NCBI GenBank assembly: GCA_030390025.1
Contig: CM059431.1
Location: forward strand, 132,558,001 to 132,622,000
Direction of reading: 5' to 3'
Source of the DNA: Squalus acanthias
Taxonomy: Eukaryota
Length of the DNA: 64,000 nt
Notes under the pieces: generated by a model
What the model saw: only the letters and a program-made list of their open reading frames with translations
What the model was told of the DNA's origin: nothing
Database searches by the model: none
Shown: one piece after another, positions 36,401 through 48,210 of the stretch
How the letters are laid out: every line of letters starts with the position of its first letter
How positions within the stretch are numbered: position 1 is the first letter of the stretch
Program-made: the position numbers and the translations under genes

Positions 36401-39215
36401 AAGGGATTAGAGTATAAGAGTAAAGAAGTCTTACTACAATTATACAGGGCATTGGTGAGGCCACACCTGGAGTACTGTGTACAGTTCCGGTCTCTTTACC
36501 TAAGGAAAGACATACTTGCCTCAGAGAGAGTGCAACGAAGGTTCATTAGACTGGTTCCTGGGATGAGGGGATTGCCCTATGAGGAGAGATTAGGTACACA
36601 TTACCTATATTCCCTAGAGTTTAGAAGAATGAGAGGTGATCTAATTGAAACATATAAACTTCTTAAGGGGCTTGACAGGGTTAATGCTGAGAAAATGTTT
36701 CCCCTGGCTGGGGAATCTAGAACACGGGGTCACAGTCTCAGAATAAGGGGTCGGCCATTTAGGACTGAGATGAGGAGAAATTTCTTCACTCAAAGGGTTG
36801 TGAATCTATGAAATTCTCTACCCCTGGTGTCTCACAGATCACAAGTGAGCAAGAGCAGAGTGGAGTAAGGGACAGCAGTGGAGAGTCCTCATCGGAGGAT
36901 GCTCCAAGCAGTGATCAGCTAAACGCAGATGCTGAACCTTGGGGGCCATCAATAAAGAGGATGATTCTTGACGGGCAGCAAAAAATGAGGGCGGCTCTGG
37001 CAGCTTTTCCAGCCGCGATGTGTGCGATTGTAGGGAGAATGGAGGAGTCCATCTCCAACATGAGCAACATCATGTCGCAGGTGATGGTTATGATGTGTTC
37101 GTCCATGGAAAGGGTGGACACCTGCACGGAGCATCAAATGTACCAGTCAAACGAGTGCATGCTTGCTGTGAACAACAGCTTGCAGACTCTGATTGCAGTC
37201 ATATCTAGGAAGGATAGAAACCTAGACTTAGCCACTCATCGCCCCACTGATGTGCAGCAAGGTGCTATCCAGCTCCTTGCTAGCAGGGAAGTGCATGTGT
37301 GCCATGAGAGGGATGATGGTGAGAGGGGACATGGAATTGGGGGCTCTGCTCAAAGCGCACCCACTTTTCCCCCATTGCCTCCCCCTCAGTCAGAGCCCCA
37401 CATGCTGCCTCGGATCCCGACGGCCGAATCTGCCCCTGCACAGTTGCAGGAGGAGCAGTCTTTGGTGGGGCTCTCACAGGCTACAAAACCCTGAGGACGT
37501 CTGCCAAAAGTGCCTAAGCAGTCAGAGCAGAGAAGTGAGCAGCCTGCCTCTACCTCTGCTGAAGCCACAGGATTGCACCTCATAGAAGTAGTAGAAAAAT
37601 AAAAATGACACAATTGTAGATACACAAGGGGCTGCACATCTGTGTTCCTAAACATTAGAGTGTTAAGTTTCAGTTTAACTTATGAGCCACATAAATTTAT
37701 TTCTTTGCACCACTTTCCCGTCTTGTTCAATTTTGGCTGGTACTTGAGAAGTGCCCTTGTCAGTTGGAGTGAATGGTAAGACATTACTTAACCTCGAGCA
37801 ATGAGTGTGTGTGTGTGACAGGAATGGTATGCTCCTCCTGCAGCTCCAATCCTCGCTACTGCGCTCTGTTATGCAGAACACAGCATACAATGATCATTCT
37901 GGAGACCCTGGCTGGTGCGTATTGAAGGGCTCCTCCAGATCTGTCCAGGCATCTGAAGCACATCTTCAGCATCCCAATTGCTTGCTCTATGACACATCTG
38001 GTCGTCGTGTGGCTTTGATTATAGCGCTCTTCGGCTTCATTGCTTGGCCTCCTCCAGGGTGTCTAGAAGCAGCCAGCCGCAAGTCTGGTCAGAGGTTCGA
38101 AGAGCTGAGGGAGGGTAGAATGGTGCAGGATGAAAGAGACATGACAGCTCCCTGGGAATCTGGCATGCACATGCATGGTGATCTTTTTGTGGTTGCAGAT
38201 GAGCTGCACATTGAGGGAGTGGAAGCCCTTCTGGTTCATGACACTCCTGGGTGATCTGGGGGTGCCTTGATGGGCACATGTGTGCAGTCGATGACACCCT
38301 GCAAAACCGAGTGCCTGCTCAGTCTGACTGGTTTCATCAGTGGCAAAGTGTACATAAGTGCCTGCAGATCCCTGGAAGGAGCCTGAGGTGAAGAAGTTGA
38401 GGGCAGTGGTGACTTTGATACCACTGGTAAGGTGTGTCCACCAGGTCCACTTGGCAGCAGGTCTTCTTCCAGCAAGCTACAAATGTCTGCCACAACCTGA
38501 CACGATAGCTTGAGCCTCTTGAGGCACTGCATTTCAGTCACGTCCAGGAAGCTCATCCTCTGCCTATATACCCTATGTTGGGGGTATCGCTACTGCTCCT
38601 GCTGGTGTTGTTTCTGCTGGGGCTCATCTTGATCCGAATCTGAGGTCCAAGCTGAAACAGCATAAGTGGCAGCTATGCTGATCTGATCGATGCCAGGTAA
38701 AGTGGAGATCATAGGCATAATCCTTCAATGTAGTGAGAGTGACTTCCAATGTAGCAAGAGTGGCTTCCGAAGTTGTAGAAATCACCTGTGAACTCCTGAA
38801 AACAAATTCTCAGCACAAATGGTGTCAACAAGAGCCTTTCCCTTAGGCAAGGACGCAGGTGTAAGGTATGAGTATTTATGTTTTTTTTTCAATTGTTCAA
38901 CTCGCACAATGGCTGCTCAGTTCTCGCCTTGCTTTCACAGGCGAGGTTCAGGAAGCTCATGAATCCCGTGGGCAGCCAGTAAAAGCTGCAACATCAGGTT
39001 AAAAATGCTGTTAATAGCCTGTTAACTAGCTCTCAAATACTTTAATTAGGTTGCCTGTCTTTCCCGAGCGGGTTTCTGGTGCGCTGACTAACGTGCCCGA
39101 GTTAAAGGCAGAAGTTGGCGGGATGAAGGCAGCTTCCCGACGTGCTAGCAATTTCAGTGCTTTTAACTGCCCACCCGCTTACAAACCCACACTCTTCAAA
39201 GTGAAGATTCTGGCC
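33494..39215. mobile_element. Decayed autonomous-type PIF/Harbinger element: spliced Myb/SANT gene (+) and DDE transposase (-), convergent
   Basis: TIR GG(G/C)CAGAAT; TSD ATT. Myb/SANT exons ~33790-34031 (WLEIAEEV...QCRKRFNDL), 34384-34543 and from 34697. Transposase at ~37890-38670 (GVIDCTHVPIKAP). Confidence 0.85.
34843..36823 (+). mobile_element. CR1 ORF2 fragment inserted in the Harbinger Myb/SANT gene
   Basis: Motifs KSPGP, DWKVANITP, RPHLEYCVQ and RRNFFTQRVVNL. Confidence 0.9.
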
Positions 39216-40200
39216 ATTCCTCTTTAGTGAAGCCAGATAGAAAATACTCATTTTAGTACCTCAGCTATGCCCTCTACCTCCACAAGAAGATCTCTTTGGT
39301 CCCTAATTGGTCCCACCCTTCTTTTGACTACCCTTTTACTATTTATATGTATTATAAAAGACTTTCGGGTTCCCTTTTATGTTACACGCTAATTTCATAC
39401 ACTCTCTTTGCCCTCTTATTTCCTTTTTCAGTTCTCCTCTGTACTTTCTGTATTCAGCTTGGTTCTCTACTGTATTGAGCCTTATCTTTATGAGAAGCCT
39501 TTTTCTGTTCCATTTTAATCTCTATATCGTTAGTTGTCCAGGGAGCTCCAGCTTTCTTGCCTTTACTTTCCCACTCTTTGAAGTCCTCCCATTGCTCATT
39601 TACTGTTTTACCTGTCAATCTTTGCTTCCAATCCACCTGGGCAAGATCCCTTTTCAACTCACTGAAATTAGCCCTCCTCCAGTTGAGTATTTTCACATTT
39701 GATTGTTTGTGAATTTGATAAGAGCCGTTTCAGTGCTGTGGCAGGGGCAAAACCTGATTTGAGGGATTCAAACATGGAGTTGTGGGAAAGATGGGCACAG
39801 ATTTGGGAGGCGACGTCTCCTTCAAGGACTTTGGAGAGAGAGAGGTTGGAGATGGAGTGGTAGTTTGCAATGACAGAAGAGTCTTGAGTGGATTTTTTGA
39901 GGAGGGCTGTAATGAGGGCAGATGTAAAAGGGAGAGGAACAGTGCCATAGAATCATAGAAATTTATGGCACAGAAAGGGGGCTATTCGGCCTATTGTGTC
40001 TGTGCCGGCCACAAAAGAGCCATCCAGCCTAATCCCACTTCCCAGCTCTTGGTCCTTGCAGGTTATGGCACTTCAAGTGCGTATCCAAGTAGTGCCAGAG
40101 GAGAGAGAACTTTTTACAATATCAGCTAACATAGGGGCCAGGAAGGGAAGTTGCATGGTCAGCAATTTTGTGGGAATAGGGTCGAGGGAACAGGAGGTTG

Positions 40201-40976
40201 TGTAAGATTATAGTCTTTTTGCTTATTAATACTTGTCTTTATATATGTAGGAAATCATAATTAGTTTACAAGGGTAGATGGGAAATTAATGGTTAACTTG
40301 ACTAAATAAAGAGCAAACATTTATCACAATACATATAACTGAACAAGAGTGAATTGAAATATTGCAGCAAGACCTTGGAAAAGGGCTGGGAACTTCTCAA
40401 GCGTAGCAACTAGGCTGATAAGGTAGCAAAGCAGATAGCTAGGAAAGGGGCCTGCATGTCAACCAAGGTTCTTGGAATAGCTTAACTGCTGCAAAAAGCA
40501 GTACAAAAAAAAGAACTAGAGGTCAGGTGGCACAAGAGACCCAATGGAGAAAGAAAGGTTAAATGTCAACCGGTAGTAGATCCAGGGAAGCTCCATAGAT
40601 TTGAATTGAAAGTAACGGTATAGGAAGAGGTCTCTCAGGCACAAAGAGTGTAGAGGTATTCGGCCAAGGGCTTGGGACCATCCAACAGATGGGCCAAGGA
40701 GGGACGGGCTGGCGGAGGAACCACACGTGTCACACCTACCAGACGAAGGAGCCTGGAGGCATGGGCCGGCTGGGGTGGACTCGTGGAGATCGCGACCTTC
40801 TACCCAGGGCATAACGGGTAATATAACTCTTGATTTAACTTCTGCTCAGATACTGTAATGTAACAAGTCTTGCTTACACAGAATAAAATATAATCACTGT
40901 CACCAATACAGGTCAAGTCGAATATTTCGGAACTTGAGTGAAAGGGTTAATTGGCCAGAACCCCGAAACTTTAACA
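40201..40976 (+). mobile_element. Solo LTR (776 bp)
   Basis: TG...CA ends, 4-bp TSD GTTG, AATAAA at ~40882. L2 sequence is continuous across it. Confidence 0.85.
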
Positions 40977-42111
40977 GTTGGTCTTATGGACAAGATGAGC
41001 TTGGAGAGGGCATGAAGGGAGATAAGAGAGAAACTAGAGAAAGGCGCGAGTTCAGGGGTGAACCTTGGCTTGGTGGGATAGGAGAAAAGAGGGATGTGGT
41101 TAAGGTAGCTGAATAGACTTGTTGGAGGTGAGGTTTGAGGGGCCAGGGGAGAGGGGTTTAAGATGATTGGTAGTGAAAAGAAGCCGGGATTATCTTTGCT
41201 GATCCTGGAATGTATTCAAGTTATCCATAAAATAGTATGAGATTGCAACTTGTTTTTTCCACTTGAGGATAGATGAGATTTTTTTTTACTGTAAAATATA
41301 TAATTCTATTATATCATTGTTAGATTATTCACTTGTTCACTGTTTAATAAATTCACTTAACATTTCAAATTTGAAAGAAGGTCTAATGTGATAATTAGAG
41401 GGCTTTCTGTTTCAAAGTCCTACACGAATTAACAAATGCATGCCCAGATCTCAAGGCAAGGATTGACACATTTGAAGGTATGGGGAGCTTGGATTTACTA
41501 ATGAGAGCCAAAATAATCTAAAGAGTAGAAAAGATCCATTGACATGCCCGGTGATGGAAGATTGGTAATCAGATATCTAATCCAGTCAGATCCATGGTAC
41601 TCCAGAATACTATTAATGATTGACCAGCGCTAGTCTCATTAATAAAAGTTGAATAGGTAGACCTATCATTGGTGGTTAAGATTCTACTCACTCAGTTCCA
41701 GATATCCCTGCAAGCCAATGCCAACAGTTAGGTTGATTCTTGCTGGACAGTCAATTTGAAGCAAACAAGTTCTCTGGCAAGCTGCATGATATTAGCTGAT
41801 TAAGTTCCAGCAGTATCCCATACACACTTGGGAGTTCCCAGACCTTGGATGTTGCCAACCTAAGCATTTTTGATTTAGGTAAGTGAAGTGTGTCCCTATG
41901 GTGTGAGCGCACACACCATATTGTGCAAACAGAAATCTATTTCTGTGGATTGGGAATGTGATTGAAGATTAATGGCCGAAGTATAGCTCAAGATGATTAA
42001 ATACTCCATTGGACAATAGGGGATTGGCAATAGCATCGGTGGGGGGCACAATCAAGGATGAGTTTTATTTTTATTGAGAAATCAAGATAAAGAGCATCAA
42101 GGCTGAAAAAA

Positions 42112-42480
42112 AGACATTTATATAGTTCTTATCACATCCCTCAGAAATATTTCAAGGTGTTTCCTATACAGTGAACTACTTTGAAATACAATGACTTTTA
42201 TGAAGACAAATGCACAGAAACAGCAATAAAACAAATGACCAGTTAATCTATTTTTGGTGATGCCGGCTGATGGAGGAATGTTGACTGCAGCACCACATGA
42301 ACTTTGTCAAACAGTGCCCTTTAAAAATCTAACTACTAGAATATGCCAACAGAGCCTCGGTTTAATGTTGCATCCAAAGGACAGCATTTTCATTAGTGCG
42401 CTTCCTCAGCACTGCATTGGAGTGGCAGGCTAGAGTATGTAGTTAAGTCCTGACTTAGAGCAAGTGTTGCTGACTGAGTA
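42112..42480 (-). mobile_element. Deu-domain SINE (SacSINE/AmnSINE-like), decayed
   Basis: GCCTCGGTTTAATGTTGCATCCAAAGGACAGC core and L2-type tail. A 3' fragment of the same family lies at ~44770-44900 (+). Confidence 0.65.
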
Positions 42481-43339
42481 ATGAGAGAGGAAAAGATAGA
42501 TTTTCAAAAATAAATCTGCTAACCACCCCAGGACACTAGAACATCCTCTGAGACTTAGCAGAGCTATGAAATGTGGCAGTGGTTCAGATGATGGATAAAG
42601 TTGCCTTGATTACTTTAGGGATTGGAAAATATTTAGACAACATTCTCTTAGGAGATTAGGTAGATGGAATGGAATCTGTGAGGGGATAGATTGTGAAGTG
42701 GAAGCATGAGGTTTGATAAGCTGAATGTTGGTTCCTTGTGCTATGCTTTCTCGTTGTTGAACCACAGTTACACAGTAACAAGGTGTGGATTAGAGAGCGA
42801 AAAAACAAAACTGCAAATACAAATACTTTTATTGACTAATAATGGAGAAAACACCATGTTTCGTCTTCTATGTGGTGAAAGAAAATGCAATCCACAAAAC
42901 CAAATGGTCAAAAGATGCATAGCACCACAGAGCATTTATTTTATAAGGTATATTTCCTGACTCTGCCTATAGTGACATACCTGGCCTGCTGTGAGCAGGT
43001 TGCTGCCTATGATTTTCCTATCTGGGCTCATAGGGGGCCAAATACCTTACGATAAGTGAGGACTTGGAAAATCTACCCATACACCTTAAAAACGACATGG
43101 AAGGAAAATTCTTAAAAAGCACTACTTCCTTGAAATTATTTTACTGGTTTAACAGAGCTCAAAATAGTACACTGATTTAAAATATAATCGATAATAAACT
43201 AAGCATTTTACATATATAAAGTATTAAATATTCAAATAAATGTTATTCATTCTTATACAAAAACACTGCAGCTAAAAACAATTATATAATTAGACTTGGT
43301 ATATTTGGTAAAATATAAAATCCTACATTAAATTACATT

Positions 43340-43712
43340 TTCATTCTCAGGATGTGGGCGCCACTGGCAAGGCTAGCATTTATTGCCCAAGTGGGCGATG
43401 CTGGCAATGTTGCATTTACTGTCCATCCCTAGTGGTCCTGATGGCATTAAGAGTCAACCGCGCAGTGTGGGACTGGATAGAGTCACAAGTAGGTCAGACC
43501 GCATAGGGGTGGCAGGTTTCCTTCCCTGAAGAACATTATGTAACCAGTTACATTTTTATGACAATCCAGCAGCTTTCATGATTATTATATCTGATGCCAG
43601 CCCACAAATCACCAGATTTTTAATGAATGTGATTTCCCACTTTTCATGGTAGGATTTAAATTCTCAACCTCGAGTGCTAATCTAGTACCATAACCATTAG
43701 GCTACTGCACCC
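43340..43712 (-). mobile_element. tRNA-headed SINE sharing head and tail with the CR1-group LINE
   Basis: Head and core match 58196-58500 (GGGAAGGAAA.CTGCC...GTGACTC...TTGACTCTTAA). Tail matches GGGCAATAAATGCT...CGCCCACATCC. Confidence 0.7.
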
Positions 43713-44027
43713 ATTAGCCTTACAAAGGTTACAAATCACACTGGCAACAAAGATTTTACATGCAAGGGCTCACCAATGCTAGTTGATACTGGAGAAAATT
43801 ACTTGGTAAAAAGTGTATCTTTAGAAGACTTAAAATGTACATAATTTAGGTAGGTTAAGCCATTGTTACACATGAAACAATAATAAATTCCTTTCAAGTA
43901 TAAATAGATTTAATGATTTACATGGTAGGGTTCTTCAGCATTAGTCATTTCTTTACCCTTCTGTGACAAACCAAAAAACCACTTGAAGCTTCAGATGAGG
44001 TAGAGTTGCAGTGATCTTATTAAAGTA

Positions 44028-44128
44028 TTACAATTGCTGGCATCTTTTATGAAGTGCTGATGATGGAAAGGGAGCTAGTGCTTTTTCTGCATCTGGCCAG
44101 TTGTGGAAGTTTGCTTGATACCACTCAA
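44028..44128 (-). CDS. TGDS: TGDS last coding exon
   Basis: Acceptor TTTTTTTCCCATTAG, then (I)EWYQANFHNWPDAEKALAPFPSSALHKRCQQL-stop. Matches the human TGDS C-terminus as recalled ([23 protein letters not shown]). Phase 1 fits the preceding exon. Confidence 0.95.
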
Positions 44129-46398
44129 CTAATGGGAAAAAAAGAGGAACAGTACAGTTATTGAACACAATAAAAATCGACACATGCAGCTGGCAGAGTG
44201 TTTCAGTAACTAGTAAAGAAAGTAAAGTGCAAAAAATTAATTGGATTATGGACTGGGAAAAAATTGATTGGTTAAGAAGTATTTTTAAATCACCCACAAT
44301 AGATTGTTCTTGGAGACCCGAGAAATTTTCCTATAATTATGCTCTTGAAAGTGTATCCAGAAATATATATGGAATTATAATCCCTTCTCTTTCATCACCC
44401 CCACACAAATTAACATTTAAAATTACACATCTATTTTGAGATATACATTTTGGGTGAAAAGAAAAAGATTCTTATCTTGATTTTCAATTAAACACCTTCC
44501 TCCCCCTCCTTACTTTTTTTTTTAGAGCCTAAAACATTTTAGGTACTTGTTTCCTGTTTTAGGTTACCCTGTCCATTTTAGGGATGCAGCCAGAACTGAT
44601 AAAAAATAACCTCTAACTGGTTGAATACTAACTCTAAGCAACTCTTCAAATGCAACCAAGTCAATTTTCAAAATTGTTGAACCAAGAAGCACTACTATTA
44701 GATACGTTAGTTCATTGACAACTCCATCACACAGAGAAAAGATAATTCATCCTGCATTACAACAGTGACGCAAGTTGGCTGATGCATTTCCCTACATTAC
44801 AACAGTGACTACACTTCAAAAGTACTTCATTGACTGTAAAGCGCTTTGGGGCGTCCTGAGGTCATGAAAGGCGCTATAAAAATGCAAGTCTTTCTTTTCT
44901 TTCATCCACAGCATTTCTATGAATTAAAACCATTCTACAAAAAAGTTCTTCCCCATAGCTCTCCACTCATTTTAATTTGGATTTATTTCATCCAAAGAAT
45001 CTTTATTGTGTCTAATCTAAATGCCAGCCTTGGTTCAGTGGTAGCACTCTTGCCTTGAAGCCAGGATGGCACTTGTTCATTCTAATATTTCACATTATGG
45101 ATTGTATTAATTGTGTTTTGCATGAAGAACAGTTTAATTGTGATAAATTTTCATAAAAAGCTTACATATTGGGGCAGGCCCACAAACCCAAGCTATCTGT
45201 CCTTGATTAACCCAGGCATGTGTAACTAGTCTAGTTACTCAGTTATCCCTCTCTCCTTTCTTGAACTGAGGTGTTACATTGGCTACCCTCCAGCTCCTGG
45301 CACATTACATTTTCTATATTCCTTATTATTTTCTTTACTATTAGCCTGTGCTTTATCATATGCCTCCCTTTTATGTTTCAGTTTGGTTTCGCCATAGAAC
45401 TCTATTGTTTGATGAACCTCTTTCCCCCTTATATATTCTATTCACGGTGTACTCCAACCATCTCATATTTGAAGATTCCCAACTGATAATCCATTGTCCT
45501 ATTTGACAACTTTTCTATTCAGTTAATTTGAGACAAATCCCTTCTCATCTCATTGAACTTTGCCTTTTCCAGTCCAGCATCCTTACCTTTGATGCTTCAT
45601 TATCATTTTCTATTCTTTTTACATGTTGTGGTTGTTATTTTGCAATTGTTCTCCTACTCGCACGTTATTATTTTTATACTGCACTACTAACCTGGAACCA
45701 GTAGCTGATGAGAGCCAAGTGCAGCCAGTAATACCAGAGTTGGCTGTGAATCACACTGCTCGCCATGAGACCCTCTGTGCATGTATGCTTACACTCTGCT
45801 GGTAGCTATTTTATGAGCAAGTGGAATGTCCTGCCCACATTCTCTAAACATTAAAAATACACTGAAATAACTTTATAGAAAGTAACCAGGTGGTCCAATG
45901 GATTTCCTAAACATTTTATAAAGCGGGCTTCATAACATGCTAGTGGCAATATATGGCATGTTGTGAGCTCAAATGGTGAGATTTGGCCTCTGAGGGGATT
46001 TCACACTGGCTTTAGTGCATTCTGGAGTCATATTGGAACCTGACTCTTAAATTGTACGTTTACTTTTATGCTGATTTACACCTGAAAATACTTCACCTCA
46101 ATATGAAAATGAACTATAGCCTAACGGTTTATAGGAACTCTGAGGTCAAGAATTTTTACTTAAAAAAAAAATCAGGGAATGGATTTCTCTGCATGTATCA
46201 ATGAAAACATCCACCATCTAATAATTGGAGCAAGCTAGATAAATGCATCAGTACATGCCTGAAGCCAAAATAAGAGATAATTGGCATCATTTAATATCAA
46301 ACTTTATTATCTTAATTACTTGTTATTTGGTTTAGCAAAATTGTGGGGGGGTGTTTAAAAGTGTAGAACTTAAATGGTATTTCAAAGAATAACCATAC

Positions 46399-46496
46399 TT
46401 GTTTTTCTAATTCCTTCCTCCCATGCTACTTTGGGCTTCCATCCAAGTCTCTGCAGTTTTTTTGAATTCATTGGATACCCCAAGTCATTGGAAGGC
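46399..46496 (-). CDS. TGDS: TGDS penultimate coding exon (98 bp)
   Basis: TTTTTGTCCCCTAG|(R)PSNDLGYPMNSKKLQRLGWKPKVAWEEGIRKT|GTATGG; compare human [33 protein letters not shown]. Confidence 0.95.
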
Positions 46497-47019
46497 CTAG
46501 GGGACAAAAATAAACTTTAAAATGGCAAAAGAAGTATATAACAACAGTACAACAAACATGCTTTATTAGCCATATTCCTGAATTTAATCAGATTATCTTA
46601 TTAAAGCAGATAACCAAGGATAACCTGCATGCTTCAGCTGCTATTCTACTGCATGAAGGTAAAAAGATGGTTTACCCGAGATTCTTCAGTACTACAAGCC
46701 TGATCAATACAAGAACCATTCAAAGCATTATCATGGGCACATGCTACAACTTATAGCTGGTCTGTGGGATCTATTTTCACAATGTGTGTGTGGATTACAA
46801 TAAGAGTTTAATGAATCAGTTTACGCATGTAGAATTGCAGCTATACACTCAGATGAAAAATAATTTCCGGCACAACGGTTGTTCATCTAAGAAACATCCT
46901 AGAGGGCTAAGTCTTGATGCATGTGTGTGCATATAGGGGATACCTGCAATCCAAATCAATGCGATAGCATGTATGATACAATTAGAACGGCACCATTAAC
47001 AGGAAGTATTACCTCTACA

Positions 47020-47650
47020 GCTTGCGTTTATATAACACCCATCATGTCAAAAAGCCCTCAAGGTGCTTCACACAACAGAAAATGGAGGCTGAGCCAAGAG
47101 AGAGAGATTAGGAGGGGTGACCCTTGGTTCAAGAGATAAGTTTTGAGGAGATTTTTTTTTTTAAATGAGAGAGAATTGGAGAGGTAGAGCAGTTAAGGGA
47201 GCGAATTCCAGAGAGAAGGTTGCATACAGCTGAAGGCTGTGCCACCAATGGTGGGGTAAAGGGATTGGGTGCACAAAAGGCCAGAGACAGGGGAACAGTG
47301 AGGAATGTAGGGCTGAAGAAGGTTGCAGAAATAGGATGGAGCGACACCATGGAGGCATTTAAAGACAATGATAAGAGTTTTGAATTTAAAGTGTGGGGTC
47401 CAGGAGACAATGCAGGTCAGCGAGGAAAGGGCTGATGGGCGAGCAGGACTTTGTGCAGGATACGATGAGGATAAGTTCAGTAAAGATTTGGATATGTAAA
47501 CTTTATGGAAGTTGAAGGATGGGAGGCCAGCAAGAAAAACTTAAAGCAGTCAAATCTGGACAAAGGCATGTTTCAGCAGATGAGGGGTTCAGGTAAGGGC
47601 TGAGGCAAACAATTTTGCAGATGTGACCATTTTTGTAAAGCTGGACTGGA
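47020..47650 (-). mobile_element. Old L2 3' fragment
   Basis: CTTGCGTTTATATAACACC tail; degenerate match to the L2 at 55263-56840. Confidence 0.6.
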
Positions 47651-48210
47651 GGGAGTCGAACAGGTAATTATAGAGGGTCAGGCATAGAGCTGGGAGGTAA
47701 CACTATGTTTAAGGAACCTTGAGAGAGGAAAGGGAAGTTGGAAAGGAACCACAAACGAGAGAATAAGAGGGAATCATGGAAAGGGAGATGGAGAAAAGAG
47801 AGGGGCAGAAAGAGGATAAAGGGAGAAACCATAAGAGAGAAAAACATTTTTAAAAGTTGAGAAAAAAAGAAAAAACACTTTTCACATTCTTGGGATATCC
47901 CAAAGCACTTCATAGCCAATTAAGTACTTTTGAAGTGTGGTCACTGTTGTATTTAGGCAAACATTGCAGCCAATTTGTACACAAGGTGCCACAAATAGTA
48001 ATGAGATAAATTACCAAATAATCTGTTTTAGTGGTGTTGGTTGAGGAATAAATTTTAGTAAGGACACTGGGAGAATCACTCTGTTCTTTAAACCGTGCCA
48101 AAGGATCTAGTACGTCCACCTGAGCAGGCTGATGGGGCCTCGATTTAATGGGTCATCTGAAAGGCACCTCCAACAATGCAGCACTCCCTCAGTATGGCAT
48201 TAAAGTGTCA

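Larger units (their letters stand above)
30785..39705 (-). mobile_element. CR1 LINE inserted in L2 and itself interrupted (pieces 30785-31323, 32164-32856, 33117-33493, 39216-39705)
   Basis: 3' tail TAGAATCATAGAAT...GGCCATTTGGCCC. ORF2 motifs KAFDKVP, VPEDWRIANV, NYRPVSL and LNWRRANF. Confidence 0.85.
30170..41160 (-). mobile_element. L2 LINE host (pieces ~30170-30784 and ~39708-41160) split by nested insertions
   Basis: Translates MYADNTHLY, LNIGKT and HAFVSSRLDYSNALL. L2 sequence resumes after the CR1 block and across the LTR. Confidence 0.8.

Noticed and set aside
36808..37494. 228-aa ORF as an independent host gene
   Set aside because: It is the third-exon remainder of the Harbinger Myb/SANT gene, fused to an ATG supplied by the CR1 end; homologous decayed sequence occurs in the other two Harbingers.
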